From contig JAVECO010000006.1 in the NCBI GenBank assembly GCA_051942205.1, positions 124,001-188,000 of the forward strand: a DNA stretch of 64,000 nt, in the 5' to 3' direction. Below the pieces are notes generated by a model. That model was given only the letters and a program-made list of their open reading frames with translations, did not search any database and was not told the DNA's origin. The stretch is from Coniocarpon cinnabarinum. Its lineage: Eukaryota. The position numbers were made by a program, and so were the translations under genes. Positions 1 to 10,999 of this stretch are shown in pieces. Within the stretch, counting starts at the first letter, position 1, and every line of letters starts with the position of its first letter.

Positions 1-456
1 GTGCGCGCTTGCCCCCAGATTCACACGTCGAGAAGCCCGCGCCCGACTCCGCGCGAGAAACGTATCATCCGCTTCTGCTTCGTCTTCCTCTTCGTCTGCA
101 GCATCACCTCCCATGCCCGTTCCATTCGCGCGGCCATCTTCCGAGACTGAAGGCGATTCCTCAAATGACACAGGGCTCGAAGAGTCCGAGTTGTTTTCTT
201 TGGCGGGGTCGTCGTCGCCTTGGGCGGAGAGATTGGCTGACATGTTGAGGTCCATGTCTGGTTCGGTAGGGGTGGAGGGATGTCCTGGAGCGGTGGTGGG
301 AGGAGGATGTCGGTCGTGGTTTGTGGGTTGGAGGTGTTGTGAGGGGAGGATGGTGCTCTGTGCGTATTTGGCGGAGAGGCGCTGGGCGCGGCGGGCGGTG
401 TAGGTGTGGATGTCGGCGGTTGTGAGGGTCAGTGTGGTGGGGGGACGGCGGAGCAT
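1..456 (-). CDS. CDC26: APC/C subunit Cdc26/Hcn1-like protein, 3' end runs off the window
   Basis: Manual translation from ATG at 456 (not in ORF track): MLRRPPTTLTLTTADIHTYTARR..., the MLRR(K/P)PTx(L/I)xL N-terminal signature of Cdc26, followed by a Pro-rich then acidic disordered region. Frame is open to position 1. Confidence 0.72.
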   Translation of the reverse strand, partial: MLRRPPTTLTLTTADIHTYTARRAQRLSAKYAQSTILPSQHLQPTNHDRHPPPTTAPGHPSTPTEPDMDLNMSANLSAQGDDDPAKENNSDSSSPVSFEESPSVSEDGRANGTGMGGDAADEEEDEAEADDTFLARSRARASRRVNLGASAH

Positions 457-799
457 GGCGTCTGATGTTGAGTGTCTTTAGAACTCTTCGACGTGAATAT
501 GGCAATGAGTGTATAGGCAAGATAATGTATTCTTTAGCGATGATGGTGCATGCACAGAAGTGCTTACTGAGCAGCCTTCCAGAGCATACTGCACGTGAAT
601 GAGCTAAATGGATCTTCATGGCCCGAGTCATGGCGCGTGAATGTCACGCCTGGCAGGGTCAGCCATGTGATTTGGTGAGCATCATCTGGAATTTCGAAAG
701 CCTAAGACGCCTACTCCTGTGGTTATAATACCAATACTTGATCGCCGACCCGTCAGATAGCCATAAAAGGAGAGCGACGTCTGCAAACGCGTTCTGTGT

Positions 800-2224
800 C
801 TACTGCTCGTAGTCGTCCTGGCGATCCGCTCCAGGAGCTGCTGGCAACTCTACAGGCTCCTGAACCCCAGGCAACTCGGAACAGACCATATCTCCCTGCA
901 ATTCTCCTCGTGCAGCCTCGCCTGGCGTTTCTGTTTTTGTGAATTTGCTAGTGAACTTACGCCAAGTGCCTCCCGCAAGCTCTGCTTTGAGCTCGTTGTC
1001 GGGATTGACCGGAACTTCTTCATTGGCACGAACGGCTCTGCGCTTGCTGACAATCCAGGCTATGCTCGCACCAATTAGGGCAACAACAGCTACGCCAATA
1101 ACAATACCAGCAATAGCGCCCCCAGAAAGCCCGTTATGATTACCGCTAGTGCCAGTGGAAAGACTGCCTTCTTCGAGCCTGTTTTCGCTGAAACACTGCG
1201 CAGACCCTGTAACGACCTTTTGCGCGAGGGAGCCACTGGACCCCAACGTATTGCATGTCGAGCTGATGTCCGCCGAGCTGGATATGTACGAGTTCCCAGT
1301 TACATTATTCAAGGCCGGCATCGAAACGTTAGCAAAATTCCCGGTGATGTTGAGATTGCCGTGGATGTCCGCGAGCTCTGGCAAGAACTGAACAGTGGAA
1401 AGCATGCCATTGTCAGTCAGCTCGAAGGACCCGTCACTTGTCTGAAGGATGGGCAAGCCGAGTGCAGCAAGGCCTGGGTTACTTGCAATACGGATAGATC
1501 CCGTTCTGGTTAGCTTTGGAAACAACAGAGCCGACAGGTTTGTGTTAACTACTTGCAGAGACTGCGAAACCGTCTCTAGGTCGTCCAAAGTGTAAGTAGA
1601 GGGGATTGAGGGATCAGTGTGATCCTGGCCGGAAAGCAGCCCGTTGTTGGTAATATTGAGGGTTGTGCAGTTTTGAAGTGGCCAGGAGACAGGTACAAGA
1701 AGGGGGTTGTTTATTATAGTGATCTCCGACGCTTCAGCGAGGAAAATTTCATCAAGAGAATGAAGCTGCGTATTTTCGATATTGATGTTCGCCACGCTTG
1801 TTGCGTACTGGCCAACATCTATCTGAAAATTCAAGTCTCGATCAATCCAGGAGATGCCGCCACGTCTATTCTGGCCGACCGAGCGCAAACTTGTCATTGC
1901 TATCCGTGAGAGACTTGGAGTCCCACTAGCCAAGAATGTTCCTGTTATTTCTGTGAGCTGGGTAGCTATCAATATTTCTAGACTGGTCACGTCGAGCAAT
2001 GTCAGGTCGCCCTTGATTGAGCTAAGATTACCAAGCTCGACTACAGTTGCGGCCGCCGGAGCAATTGCAACAGATCCTAGAAAAGTCGTACAGGTCGCAA
2101 GAGGTGGCGTCGCAGTCGTTGTATCTTGGGAAGCCGTGGAGTAGCCGTCGTCAGTGGTGGTCGTCAGGAGCAATGTTGGCGTATATTCACCAACGGTGGT
2201 CGTACCGTCAATGCTGCAAGCCAT
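800..2224 (-). CDS. Ecm33/Sps2-like receptor L-domain cell-surface protein with C-terminal transmembrane helix and cytosolic tail
   Basis: Repeating LxxIxGxLxIxxN-type L-domain units (CTTFLGSVAI..LSSIKGDL..LTEITGTF..INIENTQLHSL..IINNPLL), then GLSGGAIAGIVIGVAVVALIGASIAWIVSKRR TM and ELxG/ELPA tail motifs. First ATG at 2224; no signal peptide seen, so the 5' end is uncertain. Confidence 0.7.
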   Translation of the reverse strand: MACSIDGTTTVGEYTPTLLLTTTTDDGYSTASQDTTTATPPLATCTTFLGSVAIAPAAATVVELGNLSSIKGDLTLLDVTSLEILIATQLTEITGTFLASGTPSLSRIAMTSLRSVGQNRRGGISWIDRDLNFQIDVGQYATSVANINIENTQLHSLDEIFLAEASEITIINNPLLVPVSWPLQNCTTLNITNNGLLSGQDHTDPSIPSTYTLDDLETVSQSLQVVNTNLSALLFPKLTRTGSIRIASNPGLAALGLPILQTSDGSFELTDNGMLSTVQFLPELADIHGNLNITGNFANVSMPALNNVTGNSYISSSADISSTCNTLGSSGSLAQKVVTGSAQCFSENRLEEGSLSTGTSGNHNGLSGGAIAGIVIGVAVVALIGASIAWIVSKRRAVRANEEVPVNPDNELKAELAGGTWRKFTSKFTKTETPGEAARGELQGDMVCSELPGVQEPVELPAAPGADRQDDYEQ

Positions 2225-3032
2225 TTGTGCTCTCCAGTGGCAAAAAATGTAGATTGGATGATGCAGCTTCCTGATCACGAGATATGCTTTGCAAACACAA
2301 AATGAGTTCGGTCACCCATGCGCGTTGACATGCTGTAGGGACTTGGACGTAGTCGCAGAGAACACGGAACCGCCTCTCTTAAACTTGTCGGCTTTTGGGT
2401 AAGCCGCTAGAGGTACTGATACACGGGATTGCGGGCAAACATGAGCACAGCATACGTCAGACTGCATGGTCAGTGGTACAAGTGAAACTTGCAAGCGTAA
2501 GTGTGAGTCCTGGGTCAGGGAGCATTAACTTTTTGAAAAGCATCTATGCATGCTACACGATGCTCAGCCGGCGTCGATGTTTCCAGATGAAAGACCACTA
2601 CCAATAAATTGCTTTGAATCGCCCTACGATTACTTTCGATCATGGCATTACAGCAGATAAAACATGGGAGGCATCTAAGGCAACGGTAAACATTACCATT
2701 ACTTTCGACGTACGACGTTCCCTTGCATGGTACTCACCTCACGTTTGATTCTTGCTCTCTGGAAGATTGCCTACAGCTATTTGCGTGGTTGCGTGGTATG
2801 ATTCAGCTGCTTCAGGGCTAAAGCCTGTCACGTGGGCACCAAAGATTCAACGTCATGTCGGAGAAGCCTGTGTTGTGTCACATTAACTCTATTAGACAAG
2901 TTGATGGGCAGGGGTGGTGTTTCGTGCGTGCTACGCTGACCATAGCCTTTTCTTTACAGATCCACTCATATAGCCATAGTCAAAATCTTGTAGACTATCT
3001 CTGCATATGCAGCAAATATGCCTGCACAAAGT

Positions 3033-4999
3033 TCATTGCAGGAAGAACGTCTTCATCGCCCTTGGCTCAACACTCGCGCTGAAGTACCCATCTTGAACAG
3101 GGACAGTATCAACCATAGTCACATTGTGATCATTATCAGTCAGATACGCTGTGGCTGTGGTGGCGTTGGCTGCCGAAACATCGACAGTCATGTTGTACGC
3201 AAAATGTGCTGCGTTGACCACAGGGACCGCCATCGTACCATTTGTGTTGACAAATGCGGAGACGTAAACGTCCTCAACATTGCTCTGGGCGTCCACGCGG
3301 ACTGATCCTGGTCGCGCGAAGCGGAAGTATCCTGCAAAAGCCCAGAGACGTGCGGCCACAAAACTGTGGTCAATGATTAGCAGCGATCCTATCCTACAAG
3401 CATTGGTAGACGGCTCTTGCAAGGACTTACTACTCATCGTACTGCAGTCGCACCAGCGCATTGTCGCCGGTCGTGTTTTGCGAACACCACCAATGGGTGT
3501 ATCCGCTAGTATCAGAGTTCACGAAGGCATTATGCATGTACAGCGCCCACTGAAATCCTTCGGCAAGCTGGCCAGTGATATCCCAGTACGCGTTCCACGA
3601 TCTGTTGGGGTGTAAGCGACATCAAACCTTCAATCAAGGCTTGTCACTCACCCCGTTCCATCAGCCCACTCGGTTTGCAAGTTGGGCTGACCAGCAGTGT
3701 TAAAGGGTTGGCGCGGGTTTGACTGGTAGTTGTGCCACGTCTGTGCGATTCAAAGTCAGCATGCCTCAAACATCCGTTCCCGAGATTCTAGCATGAAAGA
3801 TATACGTACAGCAACGTCAAACAAGTCTCCACCACCTGCAGCCAGCAGCTCAGACAGAAGGTCTCTGTGACGATATTGTCAGCATAAACACAAATTCAGA
3901 TGTCTAGCGCAGAGGATTAAGACCAACCTTTCCTGCCGCGCGCCTGTCGCGTCGCAGCATGCGACTTTGAGATCTGGGTAAGCTGCCTTCACGGTAGGGT
4001 ACAGCACCTCAAGGAAATCCTTTGCCTGATAGCCATCTGACAACATGCTCGCGTACGTGACCGGATTGTAATCGGGTTCGTTGTACGCGCCGAGCATTGA
4101 CACGTTGACGCCTGCTTGCTCATAGTACCTCACGTATTGCACGAGGTAGTCGGCGTACGCTTGACGCCAGTCTTGCTTGTTGCACTGGCTGTGGTAGTGG
4201 TATTAGCAGATTAGCCTTCGCTGAGCAGGCCTTGATTGCCTGGAATCGCTCTTCGAGCGCTCGCAGATTATGCAGTGGTCAAGTCATGCGGCTGCGAAAC
4301 AAGACTGGGCTGGTTCGTACTAACCTTGGCTCGCTGGACTCGCTCTGGCTTCTTGCGTCGTTATTGTCGAAGCTGCCACGCACACCGCACAGCAAACCAC
4401 CTAGTGAAGTATCTTAGCACAGAGCTCAAGAGCAAGTTCCAGATAGTCTGCATGAATACAGTGGTATCTGCAGGCTACACAGGGGACAACTATAACTTAC
4501 CGTCATCATCGGTCCCAACGTTCTTCATACATCCCGGAGCAGACCAGGCATCCGCGTACACGAACAGCTCCGGATTATACTTCAGCGCCGTTTTCGACAA
4601 CTGCAGCTGACATGTATCGTTCCCATCAAAGCTGTAGTCGAGCGGCGCATCTGGAGTCGCAGGGCACTCGCTTAAGATGCTAAACACGCTTCCGTCCGTC
4701 GAGCTGCTGTTCGAGCCGATATCATTCCGCAAGATAGACAGTCCACCAATGTTCTCGGAGAACAAGGTCTCAGTCACTGTCTCCTGGTTTGCTGGCGAAA
4801 GGCCGTTGCGCCCAAACTGGTCACAAGCGACACCGAAAGCGCCGGAACAGCCGCCCCCAATCATGGTTTGATAGGTGACGCCGGGGTTGACTGTTATCGC
4901 AACCGTATTATTGATGCCATTTAGATAGGGAAGCGCGGCGGGAACGTTTTGAGCCATAACGGCGTTGGCGAGGAATAATGCGCCAGGGACGAGCTTCAC
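3033..4999 (-). CDS. Glycoside hydrolase family 30 (GH30_7-type xylanase), 7 exons
   Basis: YQTMIGGGCSGAF, LSILRNDIGS, ADAWSAPGCMK, DWRQAYADYLVQY, acid/base NEP, nucleophile QTEW, RLWAFAGYFRFARPGSVR. Six GT-AG introns splice to a continuous frame. Signal peptide begins at GTG 4999 (see findings). Confidence 0.9.
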
Positions 5000-6225
5000 G
5001 TATGGCTATAGTAACAGCAAACAACTTGACGAGGACTGGAATTGTTCAGAGGATCCACATCGTCGGTTCGAAAGCGCTACTTATGTTGCTCTCTACGCCC
5101 TCCGCTGCTTTATTGACTGCCCCTCAAAGAAGTGGGTCAGTCATATGTCTTCCCCTCTGAAGTGATCTGACATTTTCAATAGCCCTCACGCTTTTGGCTT
5201 CCTAACTTCGATGGGTTTGCATGGACCTAACTTCGGCGTCCACAACGCTGGAACATGACGACGTTCTAGCCCAAATGCAGAAGGAGCTCATTTGGTTCGC
5301 TTCCTCTTGTCCGTAATGCCGATTATCCCGGATTCCAAGAGGCGAGACTGGTGTCTGGTTATGGGCAGCATCAGCCGCAGAGTGATTGACCGTTCCTCAC
5401 ATGGACAAATGCCCAACTCGCACGTGGTCCCCACGCTTCTCCGCTGAAAGCGCTCGCATGGCAGCCCAGTAGCGTACGCTTTTACTGCTGGACCAGCACA
5501 AGCCTACTTTGGGTCGCATCTGGCTCACCGAAAATCCAATGACTGCCTCAAAGAGGTAAGGGAGAGCATGTTTCAAATCAAAGCTTGCAGCAGGTGCACA
5601 GCAACCTTCGGCCATGCAAGAAAAGTGAACCCCTTTCGCAGAGAGATTTCATATACGTTAGGCCACAATCTGTGCTATCGTGCAGGGCTTGAAGTGGACG
5701 CACGAAATATCTTTGATACTGAATAGTCGCTAGGATCACTCAAACCTCTCACTGGGTCTTTTTCAAGGTCCACTCCTCCCCACCATCGGTATCATTTGCG
5801 TTAATGACAAAAGATCACGTGATACAGTGCTGGTCTAGCAAGATTCATGGCACAGCGGAAGCCAGCGGAAGATGTATCACCTGACTTTTGCCCACGCACA
5901 TGTGATCTCTAGCGAGATATGTAGGTAGTAAGGCCCAGCCCGTGCCAGAGTTGACCTGCATGTGTTCAACACGTCAGCAACTAAGATGCACGTGTGTGCT
6001 TCTAAAGTTCATTAACGTCCAAGAATTCACCTAGGATTTTGGTGCGACGTCGCTAAGCTGAGGTTACTGAGGGCGCGGAAGCGTAAAGAATGACATTCAC
6101 GCGACGTGTGAAGTAGGTGAGGTACACTTATGCCGGGGCCACGACGCCTTGAATCGCCACATACGACTGTATACAATCAACTCTCCTCCTTGACTAAGGC
6201 AACAGCGATCTCAAGCAGAATCTCG

Positions 6226-6861
6226 CTAATTCCTGCGGCGTCCCTCCCCGGATCTTCTCTCTTCCCTTCGTTCCGTCGGTTGCTGGTCGCCTCGGTGACG
6301 GCCGCCTCTGCTTCTGCTGCGCGAGGACAAGATGCGTCTCATGAAGTTAGGCTGCGTACCGCTGCCGCTGGCCTCACCACCATCGCTTCCAGTTCCTCGT
6401 CGGCGGAACGGGTTGACGATTCTATCGCCCACGCTGCGAAGTCTCCTGCCTGAGCGTGGTGGATCACTGCTGCCACGCACGCCATGTGCGCGCCCACGTG
6501 GACCACGACCTTGGGATCCGCTAGGTGGTCTCTGTGTCGGGGAAGCGGGCGACCTCGGTGGAGTCCTGGGCGGCGGGAGCCCTCTGTCCTGGGCCTCGCG
6601 TACGTGTCGTTCCCAGGGCGATAGAGATGTCCCAACGCTATGAAGTTCCATTTCCAGGTCTCTTAACGCGTGCGTCCTCTCGGCTATGGTGCTAGAGTGC
6701 GTAGAACCGACCAGGGTCGACGACCCTGACGAGCCGCCTGCTGCTGAGGCAGAACAGTTACTGCCACCGTTGTTTCCGCTTCTATTCTCGCCATTGTTGC
6801 CGTTGCGGTGGCGGTGTCGTTCTTCGTGGTGGCGTCCGCCATCGTTTGATCTGGATGACAT
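6226..6861 (-). CDS. Orphan Arg/Ser/Gly-rich low-complexity protein (211 aa)
   Basis: ATG-initiated 211-codon ORF with CAAC-ATG context and a TATAAG element upstream (~7035); shares STLVGS and QPxF..RRIL motifs with the locus at 8367-8800. Confidence 0.55.
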   Translation of the reverse strand: MSSRSNDGGRHHEERHRHRNGNNGENRSGNNGGSNCSASAAGGSSGSSTLVGSTHSSTIAERTHALRDLEMELHSVGTSLSPWERHVREAQDRGLPPPRTPPRSPASPTQRPPSGSQGRGPRGRAHGVRGSSDPPRSGRRLRSVGDRIVNPFRRRGTGSDGGEASGSGTQPNFMRRILSSRSRSRGGRHRGDQQPTERREERRSGEGRRRN

Positions 6862-8366
6862 GTTGCAAACACAAGTCCTTGAAGTTCGTTTGTGAACTTA
6901 AATGTGTTGATGCTACTTGAAGACAGTGGTCAAGGCGCTTGCAGGTACGATGTGTAAGTCACTTGTAGAGTGTCTAAAAAGCTCGAGAGAGATGCTTGTG
7001 CTCTCCCCTTGCATGCTGTCTTACGAGTCTACTTATAGCCGGGAAATCGGAGAGCAGATACTTGGACATTCACTCACACATTGGGTGAAGCCACGTTACG
7101 CGCGCTTGATGCTCAGAACACCAAACGCAAATGCATCACCTGCGACGCCTGTCCCTTTGGTATCGTGACCTGGCGCGGTCCTTTGACATCATAAAATTTT
7201 CTCAGAGAACAGATGACGCGACAGCTAGCCACAATAGATCGTTTAGCAGGATGAAAAGGTACGATGACTGGCCGTCCGTCATCATTAAATTGTCCATTAG
7301 GTATGCTCGCAAAGGGTGCAGCATCATGCGGGTCCTGGATCGGAAAACACGAAGGCCGTTGCACGCAATGGAATAGACCCTGATGTGCGCAACTTGGTCA
7401 TTCGCAACGCATGACGCTTGTGTGACTGCCGCAACAGTCCTTTTGCACGTCACACGAGCTTACCGTGCGGCGTCGATCGGTCCTCGACACAGTGTTTCAT
7501 GTGTATGCAGGTCACCTTGTCGCGTACAGGGTCGAGAAGGGACGGTTACTGATCTTTCTGTGAGATCCAACTAAATATGCATACCTATACCAGCTGCGTC
7601 AGCCTCGTTTGCTCGGTACAAGACTACAGCCACCGCGGTCAGCCACTATTAAGCTCCGCATTTGCTCAAAGTAGCAGTGACGGGAGACCTCACAGGCACT
7701 TTTCGCTGCTTTTTCGTCTGGTTCAAGCACCAAAATAAGACGGCGAATGAACAAGTCGCGTCGAGTACATCGGACCCGTACTGCTGACACGCGCTTGAAA
7801 CACTGCAAGCGGACTACTCGATACCGCCTGTACACAGGCAGGTCGGCCTATTTGGAGGTGAAGGCCACGTGTCAATCAAGCTATTGTGATTGAAAACTAA
7901 GTTTGGTCTCGAGCAGCCCGATGACCGGTAAACCAGTGATGCTGTATCGTCAACGAAGTTTTCAATTGCTCACCCGGCCCTGCGGCGAACAATCTTGTCA
8001 CGCTGCGAGGCGCAGACTTTGCGTCCTCGCTAGCTCTTCGGAAGCATTTATTTCGTTCCTCCATGTAGAAGCTTGGGCAGAGGAAAGCTCGCAGCATCGA
8101 TATTCACGGATGGCACATCAGCCACCGTGTCCAAGTTGAATCAGCCCCGTGAGTTCGTTGCATGGATTCAAATGAGCCTCACGGCGCTGTTATTGTCTGA
8201 AGCACCTTGTGCTCTAGCCGTGGCAAAGGAACTACATATTCACACGACAAAGTCCCAGAAGTAGTCCAAGTGGGTTTTACCCTGATATCAACCAACAGAG
8301 CTACATGAATATGACAGCCCGGCCTGCGTGCCACGACCTTATCGTCGGCAGCTCTCATCTCCTGTT

Positions 8367-8800
8367 TTAAGACGGTCTCGATCGGGCTCCACCGCTGACC
8401 CGACGACGTGTCATGAATCCCTCCAGAATCCGCCTGATAAGGCTAAAGGAGGGCTGTTGCTCTTGTGCTTCAGTGGCTGTGTTTGAAGTTTGCGTAGGGC
8501 GTGTGCCATGCAGGACTCGACGAAGAGAGCTCGCGGCGCCCCTGCGCTCATTCCCGGAACCCGTCGAAGCACCTGGTTGAGAAGACACTCCTTGTTCTCG
8601 CGATCCTAGGGTCGGTGCTTGACTGAATCGACTCTGGGCACTGCGTCCACTGCCCACTAGTGTAGAACCTGCAGGCGAGTTGGAGGCATCATTCGACGAC
8701 CTGCGACGTCCCAGTCTGGTTAAGCCCAAATGTTGTCCGATTGTCCGATACTCGACACATTGCGGGTTCTGTTGCCCTGACCTTTCTTGCGTGATGTCAT
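8367..8800 (-). pseudogene. Arg/Ser-rich orphan, frameshifted by an 8-bp tandem duplication
   Basis: ATG 8800 reads MTSRKKGQGNRTRNVSSIGQ then shifts at TTGTCCGA x2 (8733-8748, + strand). Removing one copy joins it in frame to the 8367-8729 ORF (426 nt, 141 aa). Confidence 0.45.
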
Positions 8801-10397
8801 TGAGAAACTTGATCCGCTCAGAAAAATAGAATAGTATTAGCTAGTGAATGAGAACTAGCAGGCTTGCGTTTACGACGGGAAGATGGTAGGGTGTGATAAC
8901 AAGATGTTGAATTTTAGGTATCGCTTATATCGCATCTTGAGATTTTGTAGCTGCAGACATCGTCCAGACCTTTGAGTCCATGTGACTACCATGACAAGGA
9001 CTTGTGCAGAAACCGTGTTCAGATTCAGATTACGCCAATCCCGCCCCACGAAGAGCACACGTATGTTTTTCTGAGCAAGCGTAACCCTCTATACGCTCAA
9101 CACAGACAAGACCTTCAAGGCCGGTCTTGATGCACGGCACAAATGCTGTGGGAGGAACGCGCTTGCTTTCGAAGCGTAGTGAGCGTCAAAGCGTTTCCCG
9201 TCGCACAGAGCACCAAGAGATTCCATCACCGTGTCACTCGCCTTCTGCGATTACGACCGTGAGACGGCACAGCGGCTCAAGCGGGCCGCGCTTATGAAAA
9301 CGTAAACCAATGAGTTGTTGTTGGCCACATTCTTGAAAACGCGGCCACTCTGCAACGTCGTAATGTTACAACTTTTTTGAAGAATGTTTGCTTGCTTGTG
9401 ACCAAGCCCCATACGACCATAGTGCGATTCGGCTGGATGGCTGCAAGACGAGGGACGACGACTTGGGCCAATAGCTTGCTTGTCTGCGCTTATCCGACCT
9501 ACCATACTCATTGCTTCTTATATGATACAACTGTTTAAGCATTCTAATCGCTGACGTCCAGCACACAGCTAGTTGCTTGCAGGCTTAGAGTCAGTGTGAG
9601 TCATCAACTCCTAGCGAATATACCACATACTGGAACGAGCACACTGAGTGAGGTTGCAGTTGTTAGGGTTTATACGCTGACTTGACAAGTGGCAAATAGG
9701 CTCGCTGATTGCTGGATGCCAAAATTCTTCTAGCAAATTAGGCGGTCGAAATTGGATCACTCGTCAGTGCAGTGGTAAACCTCTAAAGTGCGCTCTTGTC
9801 AAACTATTGACTACTTGAGTTTTTCCATTGTAACACCCCTGTGTAACACAAATTGCTCATGCAGGATTTGAACCACATAACCACATACCAATCAGGTATT
9901 TTGTCTGTCAGCGTTGCATCGATGTTTGCCGCGTTTAGATATGGTTGGATCAAGTACTTCTGGCTTGCTCAGTCTCGCGCAGAACTTCGTCATTGTTCAC
10001 AGTCTAAGGACCTTGACCATTTTTCCAGATTAACGTACGGGACGAGTCGTGTCACATATCACTGACTTTGCTCAGACTCGACATGCGATTGCGTTGGAAT
10101 CGTTCCCCTCGTTCTCACTCATGTCACTAGGGATGACTTTGTTCCTCTTTGAAGGGTTGAGCTTGGTTGTTCTTCCTAGGTGGTAGCCACGTACATAGTT
10201 CTTTCTACGCTGTTTAGAAGGTGCAAGTGGCTTTCACTCTCCTTGCCTAACTCGAGACAATGAAACGTGTAGAACGCGGACAATTTTCAATGGGCAACGC
10301 TTTCTTTGTTTCCATCTACTCGCCGCCCCTTGTCATTACTTCATGCCAATCCTTTCTTTGAAACCCCAACGAGGAGCCACTGCTTTCGTCAAATATA

Positions 10398-10818
10398 ATG
10401 TCATTTGAGAACATGGACAGTAGCAACCTGGTGTCGGAGATCGACTTCCTCGAATGTCATCGAGCACAGTGCAAAAGAGGTTTAGGGCGTCTTTGCGAAG
10501 GCTTGAGAGGTCTTGAAGATAGGACCAGAGAGCTACGCAATCTGCTGGAATCCTCGAGGAGCAGTCTCAAGTTGCAAGAAGAGTCGATTCGAAAACGTGA
10601 AGATGCTTGTGTACTTGTACTGGGTGCTGCCAGAGGGTGAGTGCTTATCTTGTAACGTAACCGTCGATGAAGTCTGATGAGGTTCCCTGTCCCGTTTTAA
10701 AGGCTTGCGTAGCGCTGATGCGCATGATTACAGGCGCGCTGAGTTTGCTAGGAGCATGAGCTGTGATGACGGAACTCGTACAAAAACCGACCATAGGGGA
10801 TGGAGGTTCTGGAGCTGA
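10398..10818 (+). CDS. Hypothetical small coiled-coil protein (probably 2 exons)
   Basis: 80-codon ORF with heptad-like LxxLxxxL pattern ending at a GG|GTGAGT donor. A TAG acceptor near 10712 would continue ...GADAHDYRRAEFARS...WRFWS*. 3' structure uncertain. Confidence 0.3.
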
Positions 10819-10999
10819 CACCTCACGTTATCTGTGTTCGTGAATCGGTAGTCCTGAGAATCAGATCGCAAGCTCAGCTGTCAAGTGTCCATGAAGGGCA
10901 GTCTACGGCTTTTGTGAGACTTCTCAGAGTGCATGTTTGATATGCTTATGCAATGACACAACCAACGTCACGCACACGTAGTCTTCTGTAGTTTATGCT

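Noticed and set aside
9..631. ORF-track entries 9-248, 113-403 and 161-631
   Set aside because: Alternative frames or antisense of the Cdc26-like gene starting at 456.
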